IMG/VR virus record: IMGVR_UViG_3300042847_000001
Location: 1 to 25,090 of that record
Strand: one strand, 5' to 3'
DNA length: 25,090 bases
Source of the DNA: a virus
Taxonomy: Duplodnaviria > Caudoviricetes
Under the pieces are notes generated by a model, which saw nothing but the letters and a program-made list of their open reading frames with translations, ran no database searches and was not told the origin of the DNA. Below are positions 1-7,616 of this stretch, piece by piece. The first letter of the stretch is position 1, and each line of letters starts with the position of its first letter. Position numbers and translations under genes: made by a program.

Positions 1-103
1 AGATCGAACGGCTTCAATTGCTGCACCCACAGAATTCACCGCCAAGCACCACTGAGTGACGCTTCGCGGTGCATTCCGCACCAACTTCCTGCAGGAGTTA
101 TCT

Positions 104-796
104 ATGAGAAAACTACTTTTTGCTACCACCGCGTTAATCGCATTGTCCGGGGCGGCGCAGGCCGATATTGTTCTGGATACCACCGGCCAAGGCGGCACCG
201 GCAACAACGTTATCTTCTCTAGCATTGCCAGCAGCCAGCTTATCCTTGGCAAGCTGAATGGACAGAATGACGAAGTCGTTCGTTTCTTCGACGTTTCTGC
301 CAGTCAGGGTTTTTCCGGCTCTGCCAACGGTAACGACATCAAAATCGTGAACACGAGGGATTTGGATATCACGGTTTTCGACAAGACCAACCTGACCCAG
401 CTTGGTATCAACAGAGACATCTTTAGTCTGAAGGGTGACGGTCAAGTGTTCTTCCGCGTCACCGCGCTGGAGGCGGACGGCACCTTCAAGACCTTCAACT
501 ACACCAACCTTGCAGGAGGTGTGGCAGGACTTGGGGGTGGCGGTTACACACTCGGCAACGGCCAGAGCGGATTTGATTTCAAAGCCATCAATGGCGAGAG
601 CATCTGGGATCTGGACCTGTTCGTTTCCGCGAACGGTCACATCACTGACTTCGAACATTTCAGGATCGACGTAGCCCCGCAGATTGCAGCAGTTCCGGAG
701 ACAAGTTCGTGGGTTATGATGATCTTGGGCTTCGCTGGCGTCGGTGGTCTGGCGATGCGTAAGCGCCGTCAGGGTCAGCAGCTCCGTATCGCGTAG
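104..796 (+). CDS. Secreted protein with PEP-CTERM (PEPxxWA-type) C-terminal sorting signal, 230 aa
   Basis: ATG at 104 follows AGGAG (93-97). N-terminus MRKLLFATTALIALSGAAQA-D is a Sec signal peptide with an AxA site. C-terminus VPETSSWVMMILGFAGVGGLAMRKRR matches VPE motif + Trp + transmembrane helix + basic cluster. The GTG at 56 in the ORF track is a less likely start. Confidence 0.85.
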   Translation: MRKLLFATTALIALSGAAQADIVLDTTGQGGTGNNVIFSSIASSQLILGKLNGQNDEVVRFFDVSASQGFSGSANGNDIKIVNTRDLDITVFDKTNLTQLGINRDIFSLKGDGQVFFRVTALEADGTFKTFNYTNLAGGVAGLGGGGYTLGNGQSGFDFKAINGESIWDLDLFVSANGHITDFEHFRIDVAPQIAAVPETSSWVMMILGFAGVGGLAMRKRRQGQQLRIA

Positions 797-812
797 TTAC
801 TTCGTGGGGTAA

Positions 813-851
813 CAGCATGCCATCGTGGGTTTACACCATGGTGGCATGCTG
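813..851 (+). promoter_or_regulatory. 16-bp RNA stem-loop covering the start codon of the 33-aa ORF
   Basis: CAGCATGCCATCGTGG (813-828) pairs with CCATGGTGGCATGCTG (836-851). The only two non-Watson-Crick positions are G-U wobbles on the + strand. Confidence 0.5.
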
Positions 852-918
852 CCTCGCCGGATTTATCATCGGCTATATCGCAGCGTGGCTGGTTGACCTT
901 AACAACCAAGACAAATAG
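817..918 (+). CDS. Putative 33-aa single-pass membrane peptide MPSWVYTMVACCLAGFIIGYIAAWLVDLNNQDK
   Basis: Translated by hand, below the ORF-track cutoff. ATG 817, TAG 916-918, GGGGT SD-like element at 806-810, one ~22-residue hydrophobic stretch and a polar tail. Confidence 0.5.
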   Translation: MPSWVYTMVACCLAGFIIGYIAAWLVDLNNQDK

Positions 919-923
919 ACGGT

Positions 924-962
924 GGACCGGGCGGTGGCGGTGGCGCTACCTCCAGCCGGTCC
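924..962. terminator. GC-rich hairpin between convergent transcription units (possible terminator or RNA-end structure)
   Basis: Outer arms GGACCGG (924-930) and CCGGTCC (956-962), inner stem GGTGGCG/CGCTACC. Lies between the + stop at 918 and the - stop at 975. No clear U-tract. Confidence 0.3.
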
Positions 963-974
963 CGGCTCTTCCTG

Positions 975-1208
975 CTATCGGATAGGAAGAAAGTGCGGCA
1001 ACCCGGTGCCACCTCCGATCACGCCAGCAAGCCACACTACCACGGCGATCAGGCATAACAGCCCGACAATGACCTTGCCCCATTTCAGCACGTTGGCGTC
1101 GATAGCAATGCCCATGAACGAGGTGAGCACCCACAGGATGACGAACGCCACGAAGATGATGATGGCGATGTAGAGCAACAGATTCAAAAAACTCACTAGA
1201 ATCGCCAT
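975..1208 (-). CDS. Small integral membrane protein, 77 aa (holin-like candidate)
   Basis: ATG at 1208 preceded by a strong SD (GAGGAGG). MAILVSFLNLLLYIAIIIFVAFVILWVLTSFMG...WGKVIVGLLCLIAVVVWLAGVIGG has at least 2 hydrophobic helices. Last gene of the late operon. Confidence 0.7.
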   Translation of the reverse strand: MAILVSFLNLLLYIAIIIFVAFVILWVLTSFMGIAIDANVLKWGKVIVGLLCLIAVVVWLAGVIGGGTGLPHFLPIR

Positions 1209-1210
1209 GG

Positions 1211-1399
1211 CTACCTCCTCGTTTCGCAGCGCGATACCTGCACCAGGTTGCGCGCCAGTAGCTTGCACTGCGCCGCGGCGTTGATGGCGTCGACATCGGA
1301 ACGGCTGTAGGTGCGCAGCATGTAGTCGTCCAGCACGCGCCGGTCTTCGAGCGTCAGGCAGCCGCCCAGCGGCAGCACAATCAGAAGAGCCTTCCACAT
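1211..1399 (-). CDS. Small predicted lipoprotein, 62 aa (o-spanin-like candidate)
   Basis: SD AGGAGG upstream. MWKALLIVLPLGGC is a type II signal with lipobox LGGC. Two further Cys in the mature part. Confidence 0.7.
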   Translation of the reverse strand: MWKALLIVLPLGGCLTLEDRRVLDDYMLRTYSRSDVDAINAAAQCKLLARNLVQVSRCETRR

Positions 1400-1408
1400 G
1401 ATTGCCTC

Positions 1409-1645
1409 CTATTTGGGAATTAGCTTGTCCTTGACGCGATCCATTGCCGCCTCGACGGCCGTTGTCTTGCTCTCCAGCACTGTCAAGCGGTTGTCTATCA
1501 GGGAGAGATGCGGCGATCCCCGCACCTCAAGGGTAGAGACCCGACTTTCAAGGTTGACCATATACGCGCCAGCGATGATCGCCTGCACCAGCAGAGCAAT
1601 CGCCAGCGGTTGATTATCCTTAACCCACCCACTTACGGCACTCAT
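1409..1645 (-). CDS. Small membrane-anchored coiled-coil protein, 78 aa (lysis-associated candidate)
   Basis: N-terminal hydrophobic helix (LAIALLVQAIIAGAYMV) followed by heptad-like LESRVSTLE...IDNRLTVLE. Located just after the tailspike gene. Confidence 0.65.
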   Translation of the reverse strand: MSAVSGWVKDNQPLAIALLVQAIIAGAYMVNLESRVSTLEVRGSPHLSLIDNRLTVLESKTTAVEAAMDRVKDKLIPK

Positions 1646-1649
1646 GCAA

Positions 1650-1694
1650 TCACCGCGTCGCGTTGGCGTGCAGCCACGACCGGAGTTCGGTCAT
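1650..1694 (-). other. 14-codon mini-ORF MTELRSWLHANATR, possibly a truncated paralogous 5' end or translational relay
   Basis: Its ATG overlaps the tailspike stop (TGATG at 1692-1696) and its stop ends 4 nt before the ATG at 1645. W7 and N11 align with W7 and N11 of the downstream 78-aa protein. Confidence 0.35.
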
Positions 1695-3781
1695 CAGACC
1701 ATGCACAGTGTGAAGTTGTCGGCGGGACCAACCGTGGAGGACCAGTAAACCTGCCCTGTCGTCATTCCCGCCGCCACCGCTGCCGTCCGGTTGGCGTAGG
1801 TAGGCAAGCCCAGCAGCGCAAAGTGCGAGCCGCCGCCGGAAGCAGATGATCCATAGACACTGTTGGGCAGCAGCACCATTTGTTCTGCCGTGCTGGAATT
1901 GGCTAATAGCGCCCCGGTCGTGATGCTATTGCCTCCAACCACCGCGCCCCTGACATTGGTCTTGTTGGCGATCGCGCCGGAAAAGTTAATGGCAGCAGCG
2001 AACGACTCGAAGAAATTGCCGCAGATATGAACGCCGCGAACCCCTCTTTGTTGGGGGTCGCCACTCACCAAGCCTGCACCGCCGATGTCGATGGCAATCG
2101 AGCCTGCGCTGCCGCCGAAACGATTACCTGTAATCGTCAGACCGCTGCCCCATTGAGCGACGATCCATTCGCCGGCGGCGGACGCATCGCCCCACCAGCA
2201 TCCGGAAATAGTAAGACCAAAAAACGGCTGACTTGAACTGGTGATAATGCCCCACGGCTTTAAGTCAGTCCCCGCCTCGAACACACATCCAACAAAACTG
2301 ACAGCTTCGCACGATCCGTTGATCGGATGCTGCGTGCCGGGGCGAAAGATGCAATTGATGAACACATGACCGTTGACGAACCCAACGGCTGCAATCTGCT
2401 GCATGTGAACGTGAATGCCAGGACCGAAAAAATGAACCCCGATAAAACGTCCGTCTGTCGCGCCGTGAAGCTCGAGCAGAACCGACGACGCGCCGTAGGA
2501 AAAAAGCGTACAGTCCTCAATGCACATGAAAATAGCGTCGGTGCCGGGCGTGACCACGGCACTGCTGCCGTAGCTTATAAACGTTCCATTGAACGCGCTG
2601 TTCAGATTACCCATCTGCAACCCGTGAAAACTGGCGTTGTTAGTGCCTCGGCAATTGATCGCCGGATTGTCGGCACCTATGGCCCCCGCCGTGGAGTAGA
2701 ACATCGCCCGCTGATCCGCGCCCGCTCCCTGCCCGGCACCCTGAACGCCCCTGAACCTGATAAAATCCTTGCCATGCAGATCAAGCGTTGTGAAATTCAC
2801 ACGGCCTTGCAGAATGATCTCGCCGCCTTCTGCGGGCAGCGCGTCGATGATGGCTTGCAACGCCGCGGTATAGTCGGCGCCCAGGCCGTCAACCCCGAAC
2901 CACGCCGCGTCGGTGGTCGGCCCGCTCATGTCGAGTTGCCACCAATGGCCGCCTGCTTCCTGGAATGCCATCGGGCCGCCGCCCGCGCCGACCGGGATAT
3001 ATGTTGCATATGCCAGCGGAGATGTCGTCGCGAACCGCGTGATTTTGATGGCCTTGACGCCGACCGGAATAGTCGCCGCTATTGCCTGCGCGCGGGTGTC
3101 GTACTGGTGCACCTGATTGCCAAGCGCAGCCGCTGCCGCCGCTGCCGCATCGGCAGAATCCTGCGCCGCATCGGCAGCAGCCAGCACGTCATCAAGAACA
3201 CCGGTGGCATCCACCGGCATCGAAACCATAACGTGATAGTGGTCGACCTGCCACACCATCAGCACCGGAATGTTGGGCAACAGCGTATTGGCGGCAAGCG
3301 ATGCCCCGAGCGCGTTTCGTATTTCGAAAGCGCCTGATCCATTGACGTTGATCGTGGTCGGTCCGGTATTGGCAATCGTCGGCGTCAGCAGATAGAGCTT
3401 GTCGCCGGGAACAGTCGGGGTTTCGAACGAGGTCGCCAGGATGTTATTGGCGGTGCCTCCGGTGACGGTAAGGCGAATGACATCGTTCGGGGTATCGCCG
3501 ACGCGCGCCCACGAACCCGAACCACTGGCGCCGGATTTCTGGTAGATGCCGTTATAGGCCGGGTTCGGGTCGGCGTAGACGATCGCCAGCGTGTTGGCGG
3601 CGTGGTTAAGGTCGGCATACAGCAGCGCCCGCGTCGCATAGCCGAGGCCAACCGAACCGAACAGCGACTCATACATGCCGAGCAACGCGCGAATTTCCGC
3701 CTTGATCGGCTTGTGCGGGCCACTCGCCGGAACGCCTGTGGTTTCGTAATCGCGATAAACCTCGGCCGCTGTCTGCGTCAT
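1694..3781 (-). CDS. Tailspike / receptor-binding protein with C-terminal pectin-lyase-like right-handed beta-helix, 695 aa
   Basis: N-terminal particle-attachment region, Ala-rich helical linker (AAADAAQDSADAAAAAAAA), beta-helix cap motif (AAWFGVDG...DYTAALQAIIDALPAEGGEIIL), then repeated beta-helix rungs (IEDCTL, FINCIF, FVGCVF, ISGCWW, ITGNRF, ICGNFF). ATGA overlap with the upstream gene. Confidence 0.8.
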   Translation of the reverse strand: MTQTAAEVYRDYETTGVPASGPHKPIKAEIRALLGMYESLFGSVGLGYATRALLYADLNHAANTLAIVYADPNPAYNGIYQKSGASGSGSWARVGDTPNDVIRLTVTGGTANNILATSFETPTVPGDKLYLLTPTIANTGPTTINVNGSGAFEIRNALGASLAANTLLPNIPVLMVWQVDHYHVMVSMPVDATGVLDDVLAAADAAQDSADAAAAAAAALGNQVHQYDTRAQAIAATIPVGVKAIKITRFATTSPLAYATYIPVGAGGGPMAFQEAGGHWWQLDMSGPTTDAAWFGVDGLGADYTAALQAIIDALPAEGGEIILQGRVNFTTLDLHGKDFIRFRGVQGAGQGAGADQRAMFYSTAGAIGADNPAINCRGTNNASFHGLQMGNLNSAFNGTFISYGSSAVVTPGTDAIFMCIEDCTLFSYGASSVLLELHGATDGRFIGVHFFGPGIHVHMQQIAAVGFVNGHVFINCIFRPGTQHPINGSCEAVSFVGCVFEAGTDLKPWGIITSSSQPFFGLTISGCWWGDASAAGEWIVAQWGSGLTITGNRFGGSAGSIAIDIGGAGLVSGDPQQRGVRGVHICGNFFESFAAAINFSGAIANKTNVRGAVVGGNSITTGALLANSSTAEQMVLLPNSVYGSSASGGGSHFALLGLPTYANRTAAVAAGMTTGQVYWSSTVGPADNFTLCMV

Positions 3782-5001
3782 TGTAGAGCTACCTTCTCGG
3801 TTGTTACTTGAGCTTTCAGCGCGTCAATTTCTTGCTGCAACAATTGGCAGTGCGCGATCAGATAGGGGACGGCCTTGCTTAAGTCGGTCATCCATAATTC
3901 CGTGGTTGAGCTACTCAACTCCAGCCCTTCGTTGCTGTCCCCCTGCGTAACCATGCGGGGCAGCACTGAATAGGCCTCTTGCGCCAGCAACCCGACGCCC
4001 TGGATCAAATTGCGCTCATCATCGTGGTCCCACACCTGGAGGGCGCAAATCGTGTCACGCGCGTCCTCCAGCGCCAGCGGCTGGCGGTAGGTTTTCCCGC
4101 GCTCGTCTGACGATGTATTGAAAGTTGTGGTATGCGCGCTCTGATCGATGTTGATGGAGCCGCACTGAATATCGGCCGACGTGCAGAAATCAAACGCGCC
4201 CGCTAGCCCGGTTGTACCTGGCCCCCTGAAGGCAACGACATTGCCACCTGTCGCTATCAGGAGAAAACAAAAAGCGCCCGCCCTCCCCAGGCCTCCCGGC
4301 TGTGAAATCTGGAACATGCCGGTTGAGTTGGAACTAAGCCCCGCCACATTGCTGGCGGGCAAATACATGCCATTGGCCGGAATGGCAGAGCTTGTGACGT
4401 TGACATTGTTGGCTGTCGCAACGCCGATATTAGGCGTCACCAGTGTAGGCGACGTGGCACGAACGAAGTTGCCTGTGCCGTTTGTCGCCGTAAATGTCGG
4501 AACGCCAGACGCAAACAGCGGAACACCCGACTGCGCGCTGATGTCCGCGCCAAACCCGCCGCGGGCCGGCGCCAGTGTCCCGTTCCATCCCACCGTGATG
4601 CTGGTTGCCTGCAACAGCGCAATGCTGGGCGTGCCGCCCAGCGTCAGGGTGACGTTGGTATCGCTGGCTCGCGTCAGGGCAGCAGGCGTCACGCCACCGC
4701 TACCGATGTGTGCGTCCACATAAGCCTTGGCCGCCTTTTGCGTGGCAATTTTCAAGTCACTGTTGGCCGCCAGCGTCACGTCGGCGTCGATGACGCCGGC
4801 CGCAAAGTTGGTTGTCACAAGACTGGAAATGGTATTGCTGCCGGCGCTGATGCTCTTGCCGGTCAGCGTTTGCGGCAGCGATGCCAGCCAGGCCGCAATC
4901 GTGCTGAGGAGAATGCCCCAGTTGCTACCGGCGGCGGCGGCGGCAATCTTTTCCGATCCGTCAGGTGTCCGGTCGGGATCTTCGCTTATCTTGCCGGTCA
5001 T
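3778..5001 (-). CDS. Tail fibre protein with C-terminal intramolecular chaperone (peptidase S74-like), 407 aa
   Basis: C-terminus NTSSDERGK...GLLAQE...PRMV...DLSKAVPYLIAHCQLLQQEIDALK matches the S74 pattern (SDxRxK, GxxAQE, terminal coiled coil). Fibre-type motifs IATQKAAKAYVD and ATSPTLVTP. Confidence 0.8.
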   Translation of the reverse strand: MTGKISEDPDRTPDGSEKIAAAAAGSNWGILLSTIAAWLASLPQTLTGKSISAGSNTISSLVTTNFAAGVIDADVTLAANSDLKIATQKAAKAYVDAHIGSGGVTPAALTRASDTNVTLTLGGTPSIALLQATSITVGWNGTLAPARGGFGADISAQSGVPLFASGVPTFTATNGTGNFVRATSPTLVTPNIGVATANNVNVTSSAIPANGMYLPASNVAGLSSNSTGMFQISQPGGLGRAGAFCFLLIATGGNVVAFRGPGTTGLAGAFDFCTSADIQCGSINIDQSAHTTTFNTSSDERGKTYRQPLALEDARDTICALQVWDHDDERNLIQGVGLLAQEAYSVLPRMVTQGDSNEGLELSSSTTELWMTDLSKAVPYLIAHCQLLQQEIDALKAQVTTEKVALQ

Positions 5002-6605
5002 GCGTCCTCGCGGATATACGTGGAATTGTGCTCGCGGATATAGAACGAAGCATCCTCGTGCAGCAGCGCTGCGGTGTTGGCGATCGGCGGTACCACCGGC
5101 GGCGCACCCTCGTCCGTCTCCGGGTCGTAGGCTTCGATAAAATCAGGCTGGATGCGCAGGAACTGCCAGACGATCGTACCGCCCAGCAAATCCACCTCGG
5201 CGCCCTGGATTTCGACCACGCAATCCTGCAAGCCAGAGATGAACGGATACTGCAGCTTGACCCATCGCTTGCCGAGATATCGCAGGCCATAAAGCGTTGT
5301 GGTGAAACTGCCGGTCATCAATGCGTTGAGCCGCTGCATGGCGCGATCGGCAAGCCGTTGCGCCTGCGAGTTGGATTGAACCCAGGTCAGGTCCATTGTT
5401 TTGGCGCGCACGATGCCGGCCTGTGAGATCATTTCCTCGTCGCGCCAGGGTTCGGTCTGCACCGAGACGTAGCGCGCGGACGGATCGGTAAACGTGATGT
5501 CCAGCTGGTTGACCAGTTCCTCGTCGGCCTGGCCGTAATTGAGCGCAAACCCCATGATGTGCTTTTCGGTCAGCGGCGGCTCAGTCGGCTCTCGATAGTT
5601 TCCCACCGTCAATGTCAATGAACCGTCGCCGGCCTCGGCAAGCCAGCCGTCGCAGGTCGTCAGCAACGAGCCGATGACGTTCTCTGGCGCATTGCCGAAT
5701 TCAAACCAGCCATGTGAGGCGTAACGCGGCTCGAGCGCACCGCTAGCGGTCGCCACCACCTCGTCGCAGACATTAGCCTCGTTGAGCCATTGCGAAAGGT
5801 TCGGCGCAATCGCGGTGTCATAATCCAGCCCCATGCCGCCGTCGACGCGGGTCAGATAGTCCATCAACTGTATTACCGGGTTGGTGGTAAATTTCACCAG
5901 GCCATCACGCCGGTCCAGGCATGGCGAACAGTTTGCCACCACCGAAATTTCCGGCTTGTTGCGCGGATAGACTCTTGTAAATACAGACGCATCAGGCATG
6001 CCTGCGCACGCCAGGCCAACATAGGCGATACCGTCGCCGCGATGCGCCGGGGTCCACACATCTGAAATTCGGGGATCGGTGGTCAACATATTCAATGGCG
6101 CCTGTGATGCCGCTCCGAGCCGCGCCTCGATCAGGACCAGACCGACATACCGCTCGTCGCCGGCGCCGGTGCCGGTGACGGTGGCAGTGCCACCTGAGTT
6201 GATATCAATATTGAGAAACACCGGATCGTCCGACAAATAGATATTGCCGATCGAGGTAATCGACCCTGAGTGAAACGCCACCACGTCGTAGGAAACCGCC
6301 GGGGGCGATCCGCCCGCCTCAAACAGCATGTAATAGCCAGCCAGCCGATTAGTGCCATAACCGCGAATACGCGGCGGTACCGATTGTTTCAGCGCCTGCG
6401 ATCCCTGCTCCGGTTTCGGCACCTGCGGCTTTGACAGCGCATATTGCAACCCGATCGAGACGCCGATAATTGCGGTGGCGCCGACCACCGAGGCCAGGCT
6501 GAAGCCGGCAACCGTGGTGCCGGCAAGCGTGCCTAGGCCGGCGATGCCGCCGATCTCGCCGGCGCCTGCGGCACCTATGATCAACAGCCCAACGGTTTCA
6601 GCCAT
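4998..6605 (-). CDS. Tail tip / baseplate hub protein (GpJ / Phage-tail_3-like), ~535 aa
   Basis: Gly/Ala-rich hydrophobic N-terminus, PPRIRGYG..RLAG motif, NPVIQLMDYL...GMG motif, C-terminal hub-like region (NQLDITFTDP...QAQRLA). Start placed at ATG 6605, overlapping the upstream stop at 6598-6600. Confidence 0.75.
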   Translation of the reverse strand: MAETVGLLIIGAAGAGEIGGIAGLGTLAGTTVAGFSLASVVGATAIIGVSIGLQYALSKPQVPKPEQGSQALKQSVPPRIRGYGTNRLAGYYMLFEAGGSPPAVSYDVVAFHSGSITSIGNIYLSDDPVFLNIDINSGGTATVTGTGAGDERYVGLVLIEARLGAASQAPLNMLTTDPRISDVWTPAHRGDGIAYVGLACAGMPDASVFTRVYPRNKPEISVVANCSPCLDRRDGLVKFTTNPVIQLMDYLTRVDGGMGLDYDTAIAPNLSQWLNEANVCDEVVATASGALEPRYASHGWFEFGNAPENVIGSLLTTCDGWLAEAGDGSLTLTVGNYREPTEPPLTEKHIMGFALNYGQADEELVNQLDITFTDPSARYVSVQTEPWRDEEMISQAGIVRAKTMDLTWVQSNSQAQRLADRAMQRLNALMTGSFTTTLYGLRYLGKRWVKLQYPFISGLQDCVVEIQGAEVDLLGGTIVWQFLRIQPDFIEAYDPETDEGAPPVVPPIANTAALLHEDASFYIREHNSTYIREDA

Positions 6606-7026
6606 ATGTAAAAGCCCTGCGCGTTGGCAGCGGCGCAATCACCAGGCCGAGATCCGATGTCATCACCGCCCGCCGCGTTTGGTCGACGCCGATTGCGCCG
6701 GTCGGCCGTTGTTGTATTTTTCCGCGCCTGACCGCATACGGCGCCAGCACCGTGACAATGTCGCCGGCGCCAGGCCGCGAAGTCTCGACATAGCCGACAG
6801 CAGCAAGCCGACGGGCACAGGATTGTTCAAAGCCGCCTTCCCGGCGCAGGATGCGCAAGAACTGCCGCTCGGTGGTATAGCTGCCGCGCACGTCGGCGAT
6901 CGGATCGATGCCGGTGACCGCGCACACCCAGTCGGCCATGAACACGCCGCAGTCGAGCACGCCCGGCCGCCAGCGCCTGCCCGCCATCGCGGCCAGGTAA
7001 TCGCTCAAGCTGGGAAGGTCGGCCAT
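6598..7026 (-). CDS. NlpC/P60-like tail-associated protein (DUF6950-like), 142 aa
   Basis: W.PG.LDC..F.ADWV...TG.DP...RG.Y and RPGAGDIV motifs. Canonical position just before the tail hub gene. Confidence 0.7.
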   Translation of the reverse strand: MADLPSLSDYLAAMAGRRWRPGVLDCGVFMADWVCAVTGIDPIADVRGSYTTERQFLRILRREGGFEQSCARRLAAVGYVETSRPGAGDIVTVLAPYAVRRGKIQQRPTGAIGVDQTRRAVMTSDLGLVIAPLPTRRAFTYG

Positions 7027-7616
7027 GACTTATTGAACCCCGTGCAATAGATCGGCGTTCGTTCGCAGAACCGGTCACCCGGCGAACGCGATCTCTGATC
7101 CTGGTCAGAAAAATACGACAGTGCCGGCCGCCGCCGCGCCGTCAACAGCGTGCCGCACGACAACCTGATAGTGCGCACGACCGGCTGCGCCGGGTCGCCG
7201 GTCAGCGCCTGCTCGATCGCGAGATAATCCGCGGTATAATTGGCGCACCATTTCACAGCGCCGAGCATGACCCAGGCTTGATCCATGAGTGCAAACCCGA
7301 ACGCCACCCGTTTGCCCTTGACCTGGTCAGGATCGCCGCCGGAAGCAACCGAAAGAATTTCGCCGCTCACACCTGAAATAGTAAAATCAACCCGCTCGGC
7401 CGAACCGTTGATCAATTGCCGAAACACCGGCAGGTTCTGGATTTCGCCAAAGCCGTGATACAGCGCACCCGAGGGATCATAGGTATTGACGCCTGACGCA
7501 ATGTCGCCAAAGCCGAGCCATATCCGCACGATCGGATCAGTATCGAGCCGGAAAAATACTCCGATCCTGGTAGCTCCACTTTGCAGCGCCGCGAGTTCAT
7601 CATCGTTTAACGTCAT
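7005..7616 (-). CDS. Minor tail / baseplate protein (DUF2163-like), ~203 aa
   Basis: ATG 7616 overlaps the upstream stop (ATGA). Contains ...NGSAERVDFTISGV... and a C-terminal DQ..RSPGDRFCE motif typical of this tail-tip position. Confidence 0.65.
   Translation of the reverse strand: MTLNDDELAALQSGATRIGVFFRLDTDPIVRIWLGFGDIASGVNTYDPSGALYHGFGEIQNLPVFRQLINGSAERVDFTISGVSGEILSVASGGDPDQVKGKRVAFGFALMDQAWVMLGAVKWCANYTADYLAIEQALTGDPAQPVVRTIRLSCGTLLTARRRPALSYFSDQDQRSRSPGDRFCERTPIYCTGFNKSWPTFPA

Noticed and set aside
1-55. Possible 3' end of an upstream plus-strand ORF (...EFTAKHH, TGA 53-55)
   Set aside because: Too short at the window edge to support as coding.
56-103. Upstream GTG start extending the PEP-CTERM ORF
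   Set aside because: ATG 104 has a clear AGGAG SD and begins directly with a canonical signal peptide.
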